A DNA stretch of 64,000 nucleotides, taken from an uncultured Chloroflexia bacterium. GTDB taxonomy: Bacteria; Chloroflexota; Limnocylindria; Limnocylindrales; CSP1-4. This document shows, one piece after another, positions 59,304-64,000 of the stretch; the first letter of the stretch is position 1, and each line of letters opens with the position of its first letter. The stretch is from NCBI GenBank assembly GCA_963718285.1, contig CAVQYU010000004.1, positions 86,838 through 150,837 of the forward strand, read 5' to 3'. The notes beneath the pieces are model-generated. The model searched no databases. It saw only the letters and a program-made list of their open reading frames with translations, and was not told the origin of the DNA. A program made the position numbers and the translations under genes.

Positions 59304-59453
59304 CCCCGGGCCAGCCACCCGACCGAACTCTTGCCATTCAGCAGCGCCGGTGCTGGCAGGGAGAATCAGGCCGATGGGCCGGGCCCGCAGCCGGGGGACC
59401 GCTGGATCGTGGAAACTCGGCCAGGCACGGCAATCAGGCCCGGCTGGGCGCGC

Positions 59454-59483
59454 TTGACCCGTTCGGGCGCTGAGCCCTATCAT
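59454..59483 (+). promoter_or_regulatory. Candidate promoter for the tRNA-Thr/Tyr/Thr-tuf transcription unit
   Basis: TTGACC (59454-59), 18 nt, TATCAT (59478-83), ~40 nt upstream of tRNA-Thr. Confidence 0.4.
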
Positions 59484-59524
59484 TCGCGGGCGCCACGGGA
59501 CCTTCCTGCGGTATGGTTCTGCGC

Positions 59525-59600
59525 GCCGACGTAGCTCAATTGGTAGAGCAGCGGTTTTGTAAACCGCCGGTTCCGGGTTCGAGTCCCGTCGTCGGCTCCA
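59525..59600 (+). tRNA. tRNA-Thr(UGU)
   Basis: gccgacgtagctcaattggtagagcagcggtTTTGTAAaccgccggttccgggttcgagtcccgtcgtcggctcca. Confidence 0.85.
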
Positions 59601-59661
59601 ACGCGAATAACGCTCGTTTCCCGGTCCACCGCGGGCCGCAGCCCGATCGGGAACGTTTCAT

Positions 59662-59746
59662 GGGTAGGTTGAGCAGGTGGTGAGCTCTGCTGACTGTAGA
59701 TCAGCTGTCTTCGACTGTGGGGGTTCGATTCCCTTCCTGCCCACCA
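59662..59746 (+). tRNA. tRNA-Tyr(GUA), type II
   Basis: gggtaggttgagcaggtggtgagctctgctgaCTGTAGAtcagctgtcttcgactgtgggggttcgattcccttcctgcccacca. Confidence 0.8.
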
Positions 59747-59777
59747 AGTTCCGGCTCGTGAATCGGAAGGATCCCTG

Positions 59778-59853
59778 GCCCACATAGCTCAGCTGGCAGA
59801 GCACTTCCTTGGTAAGGAAGAGGTCATCGGTTCAAGTCCGATTGTGGGCTCCA
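59778..59853 (+). tRNA. tRNA-Thr(GGU)
   Basis: gcccacatagctcagctggcagagcacttccTTGGTAAggaagaggtcatcggttcaagtccgattgtgggctcca. Confidence 0.85.
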
Positions 59854-59974
59854 GCACCGCGGCGAGGCCGCAGTTGACCCCGAGATCGGGACGTAACTCA
59901 AAGACCCGAAATGATGGACCGGACGGGCTCTGCTGCCCGACCGGCACCTCGACAGATGGAGTGAAGGCGCTCAC

Positions 59975-61171
<1,197 letters not shown>

Positions 61172-61177
61172 GACGAC

Positions 61178-61342
61178 ATGGCCAAGACCGAGAACCGGCC
61201 GGTGATCCTGCTGGCCTGCACCGAGTGCAAGGAACGGACCTACACCACGCGCAAGAACAAGAAGAACGATCCCAACCGGCTCGAGCTTCGGAAGTATTGT
61301 CCGCGTGATCGTCGGCACACCCTCCACCGGGAGGCCAAGTAG
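61178..61342 (+). CDS. rpmG: 50S ribosomal protein L33
   Basis: [54 protein letters not shown]. Confidence 0.85.
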   Translation: MAKTENRPVILLACTECKERTYTTRKNKKNDPNRLELRKYCPRDRRHTLHREAK

Positions 61343-61353
61343 CGATCCACCGG

Positions 61354-61430
61354 AGGCGCGTAGCTCAATTTGGCAGAGCTCTGGTCTCCAAAACCAGTGG
61401 TTGTCGGTTCGAGTCCGGCCGCGCCTGCCA
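61354..61430 (+). tRNA. tRNA-Trp(CCA)
   Basis: aggcgcgtagctcaatttggcagagctctggtCTCCAAAaccagtggttgtcggttcgagtccggccgcgcctgcca. Confidence 0.9.
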
Positions 61431-61471
61431 CATCCCACCCACATCCGTAGCCCCAGAGAAGGCACCATCCC

Positions 61472-61664
61472 CGTGATCCAACGCTTCCGTCGATATCTCG
61501 ACGAGTCGTGGTCCGAACTGAAGAAGGTCACCTGGCCCACCCGCCAGCAGACGATCAACCTGACGGTGCTCGTGTTCGTCGTCAGCCTGGTCGTGGGCGT
61601 CTTCATCTCGATCTTCGACTTCATCTTCAGCCAGGGCCTGACCCTGCTGAGCGGGCTCGGCTGA
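61472..61664 (+). CDS. secE: Preprotein translocase subunit SecE
   Basis: [63 protein letters not shown]. Confidence 0.85.
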
Positions 61665-61665
61665 G

Positions 61666-62244
61666 ATGACCGACATGACGACCGAGACGCGGATCCCCGC
61701 GCCGGAGAAGCACTGGTACGTGATCCACACGTACTCGGGCTACGAGAACAAGGTCAAGGCCAACCTCGAGCACCGGATCGAATCGATGGGCATGGAGGAC
61801 CGGATCTTCCAGGTGCTCGTCCCGATGGAGGACGAGATCGAGATCCGGCAGGGCCAGCGCCACACCGTCCAGAAGAAGGTCTACCCGGGCTACGTCCTGG
61901 TCGAGATGATCCTCGACCCCGACTCCTGGTTCGTCGTCCGCAACACGCCGGGCGTGACCAGCTTCGTCGGTGGCGGCAACATCCCCGGCCAGCGCAACGA
62001 GCCGATCCCGCTGGCCGAGCACGAAGTCAAGCAGATCCTCCGGACCATGGGCGTCGAGACACCCAAGTACCGGGTCGCCTTCACCAAGGGCCAGAGCGTG
62101 CGCGTCACTGATGGCCCATTCGCCGAGTTCATCGGCACCGTCGACGAGGTCAACCCCGAGCGCAACAAGGTGAAGGTCCTCGTCAGCATCTTCGGCCGGG
62201 AGACCCCAGTCGAGCTCGACTTCCTGCAGGTCGAGAAGCTCTGA
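61666..62244 (+). CDS. nusG: Transcription termination/antitermination factor NusG
   Basis: ...[67 protein letters not shown]...; KOW motif ...[53 protein letters not shown]. Confidence 0.9.
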   Translation: MTDMTTETRIPAPEKHWYVIHTYSGYENKVKANLEHRIESMGMEDRIFQVLVPMEDEIEIRQGQRHTVQKKVYPGYVLVEMILDPDSWFVVRNTPGVTSFVGGGNIPGQRNEPIPLAEHEVKQILRTMGVETPKYRVAFTKGQSVRVTDGPFAEFIGTVDEVNPERNKVKVLVSIFGRETPVELDFLQVEKL

Positions 62245-62288
62245 CCATTCCCGCCCCCGGGCGGACCTGACCGAGAGGCGCAACAACC

Positions 62289-62714
62289 GTGGCCAAGAAG
62301 ATCCGCATCGTGCTCACCCTGCAGCTGCCCGCTGGCAAGGCCACCCCGGCCCCGCCGGTCGGGACGGCCCTGGGCCCGCACGGCATCAACATCGTCGAAT
62401 TCACCAAGTCCTACAACGAGAAGACTGCCGACAAGGCCGGCCAGATCATCCCGGCCCAGATCACCGTCTTCGAGGATCGCTCGTTCTCGTTCGTGCTCAA
62501 GACGCCACCCGCGGCCGACCTCCTGCGCAAGGCGGCCGGCCTGGACAAGGGCGGCGCGACGCCCAAGCGCGAGACCGTGGGCAAGGTCACCCGTGACCAG
62601 CTGCGCGAGATCGCCGCGGTCAAGATGGTCGACCTGAACGCCAACGACGTCGACGCGGCGGCCCGCCAGATCGAGGGCACCGCCCGGAGCATGGGCATCG
62701 AGGTCATCGGCTAG
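62289..62714 (+). CDS. rplK: 50S ribosomal protein L11 (GTG start)
   Basis: [79 protein letters not shown]. Confidence 0.9.
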   Translation: MAKKIRIVLTLQLPAGKATPAPPVGTALGPHGINIVEFTKSYNEKTADKAGQIIPAQITVFEDRSFSFVLKTPPAADLLRKAAGLDKGGATPKRETVGKVTRDQLREIAAVKMVDLNANDVDAAARQIEGTARSMGIEVIG

Positions 62715-62815
62715 CCCGCCCGGCACTCAGCAACCTGCCAGCCGGCGGCCTGCCGGCCGTCCACCCCGCGCCAGGGGAAGGTGGGACCGCTCACCGCAGC
62801 AAAGGGAACAACAGC

Positions 62816-63523
62816 ATGGCTCACGGCAAGAAATATCGCGAGGTCGCCAAGCTGGTCGATCACGACCAGGTCTATCCGCCGGCCGAGGCCGTCGACCTGC
62901 TCAAGCAGACGAGCGTGGTCAACTTCGACCCGACGGTCGAGGCCCACGTCAGGCTGGGCGTCGATCCGCGCCACGCCGACCAGATGGTCCGGGGCACCGT
63001 CGTCCTGCCGCACGGCACGGGCAAGGTCGTCCGGGTCGCCGTCTTCGCCCAGGGCGAGAAGGCCCAGGAGGCGCTCCGCGGCGGGGCCGACGAGGTCGGG
63101 GCCGAGGACCTGGTCAAGAAGATCGAAGCCGGCTGGCTCGAGTTCGACGTCGCCCTGGCCACGCCGGACACAATGGGCATGGTCGGCCGGTTGGGCAAGA
63201 TCCTGGGCCGGCGCGGGCTCATGCCCAATCCCAAGTCGGGCACGATCACGTTCGACATCGAACGCGCCCTTCGCGAGGTCAAGGCCGGCCGGGTCGAGTT
63301 CAAGGTGGACAAGGGCGGGATCATCCATGTCCCGTTCGGCAAGGCCGGCTTCAGCCAGGCCGACCTGAACGAGAACCTGGCAGCCCTGCTCGATGCGATC
63401 AACCGGGCCAAGCCCGCCGGAGCCAAGGGCCACTATCTCCAGGGCCTGACCATTGCCAGTACGATGGGCCCCGGAATCCGGGTTGACGTGCCCGCCCTCC
63501 TGGCGGCTGCCGCCGCGGCCTGA
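62816..63523 (+). CDS. rplA: 50S ribosomal protein L1
   Basis: [70 protein letters not shown]... Confidence 0.9.
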   Translation: MAHGKKYREVAKLVDHDQVYPPAEAVDLLKQTSVVNFDPTVEAHVRLGVDPRHADQMVRGTVVLPHGTGKVVRVAVFAQGEKAQEALRGGADEVGAEDLVKKIEAGWLEFDVALATPDTMGMVGRLGKILGRRGLMPNPKSGTITFDIERALREVKAGRVEFKVDKGGIIHVPFGKAGFSQADLNENLAALLDAINRAKPAGAKGHYLQGLTIASTMGPGIRVDVPALLAAAAAA

Positions 63524-63863
63524 CCGCCGGCCCCCCACCATACGCGGTGACGCGTTCGATCAGGGATCGGACGGCGCCACCTGACAACTGAACAACGACG
63601 GACGCCCAAGACAGCCTGCGCCCGCGGACCGCGCCTCACGCCAATCGGCGGGGGAGCGGTCGGGGCTTGAACCGCCGAACGGATCGGTGCCGGAATGACC
63701 GGCCCGGGGACGCCGGCGAGCACGCCAAGGCAGGACGAGCCTCCCAGGCGGGAGTGCGTCGACCCCTGCAGACGCGATTGGACCGTCGCAGGGGCAGAGC
63801 CAGCCACGGCCGGCTCCGCACCGCCGCCGCGCGCCGGCTGCGCGCCAGACATCGGAGGTATGC
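63524..63863 (+). promoter_or_regulatory. rplJ 5' leader region (expected site of the L10(L12)4 autoregulatory leader and antitermination elements)
   Basis: 340-nt structured GC-rich spacer between rplA and rplJ. The position matches the conserved r-protein L10 leader. Assigned by context, not folded. Confidence 0.35.
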
Positions 63864-64000
63864 ATGCCAACCGAGGCCAAGCGGGAGACCGTGGCCGAGC
63901 TGCGCGAGGAGCTCTCGCGCAACCCGACCCTGATCGTCTCGGAATACCGGGGCCTCACCGTCAGCGAGCTGGCCGAGATCCGGCGCGCCCTGCGCAAGCA
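63864..64000 (+). CDS. rplJ: 50S ribosomal protein L10, 3'-truncated by window
   Basis: MPTEAKRETVAELREELSRNPTLIVSEYRGLTVSELAEIRRALRK. GGAGG SD upstream. Confidence 0.8.
   Translation, partial: MPTEAKRETVAELREELSRNPTLIVSEYRGLTVSELAEIRRALRK

Overview
This is a high-GC (~70%) bacterial chromosomal segment with no mobile elements or CRISPR and a largely housekeeping content. The features and gene order suggest a Terrabacteria lineage: Bacillus-like neighbourhoods (ffs-dnaX-ybaB-recR, clpC-radA-yacL-ispDF-cysS-rlmB-...-secE-nusG-rplKAJ), a Thermotoga-type DAHP synthase with a ferredoxin-like (FL) N-terminal regulatory domain, and a long Alu-containing SRP RNA.

Contents in order:
- hppA (5'-truncated by the window), uppP, argR, greA, class I lysK, serS.
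- A candidate sortase-type surface protein, an orphan Flp pilin, a hypothetical protein, and two tandem paralogous Cys-cluster/zinc-ribbon proteins of unknown function.
- A complete trpEGDCFBA operon preceded by a Trp-codon leader peptide.
- Convergent with it, on the minus strand, a complete shikimate operon (DAHP synthase-aroA-aroE-aroC-aroK-aroB-aroQ-chorismate mutase) preceded by a Phe/Tyr-rich leader peptide and an intrinsic terminator (attenuator).
- tRNA-Ser and tRNA-Arg genes, a SAM methyltransferase, murJ with a long C-terminal extension, an SH3b membrane protein, pfkA and tadA.
- tRNA-Ser x2, SRP RNA, dnaX-ybaB-recR, a full rRNA operon (16S-tRNA-Ile-tRNA-Ala-23S-5S), a LysM protein and fpg.
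- rpsA with acidic extensions, clpC, radA, a PIN/TRAM protein, ispDF, cysS, an RlmB-like methyltransferase with long low-complexity tails.
- tRNA-Thr-Tyr-Thr-tuf-rpmG-tRNA-Trp-secE-nusG-rplK-rplA-rplJ (rplJ truncated at the window end).

Many genes in the first ~46 kb, plus the 3' end of the RlmB-like methyltransferase gene near 59.15 kb, need one to several reading-frame changes to read through. Two checked cases are single-G indels in G runs, so these are most likely sequencing or assembly errors rather than true pseudogenes. The other genes between 47 and 64 kb are intact. Long antisense ORFs in the track are GC-driven artefacts. Many coordinates for frameshifted genes are approximate.
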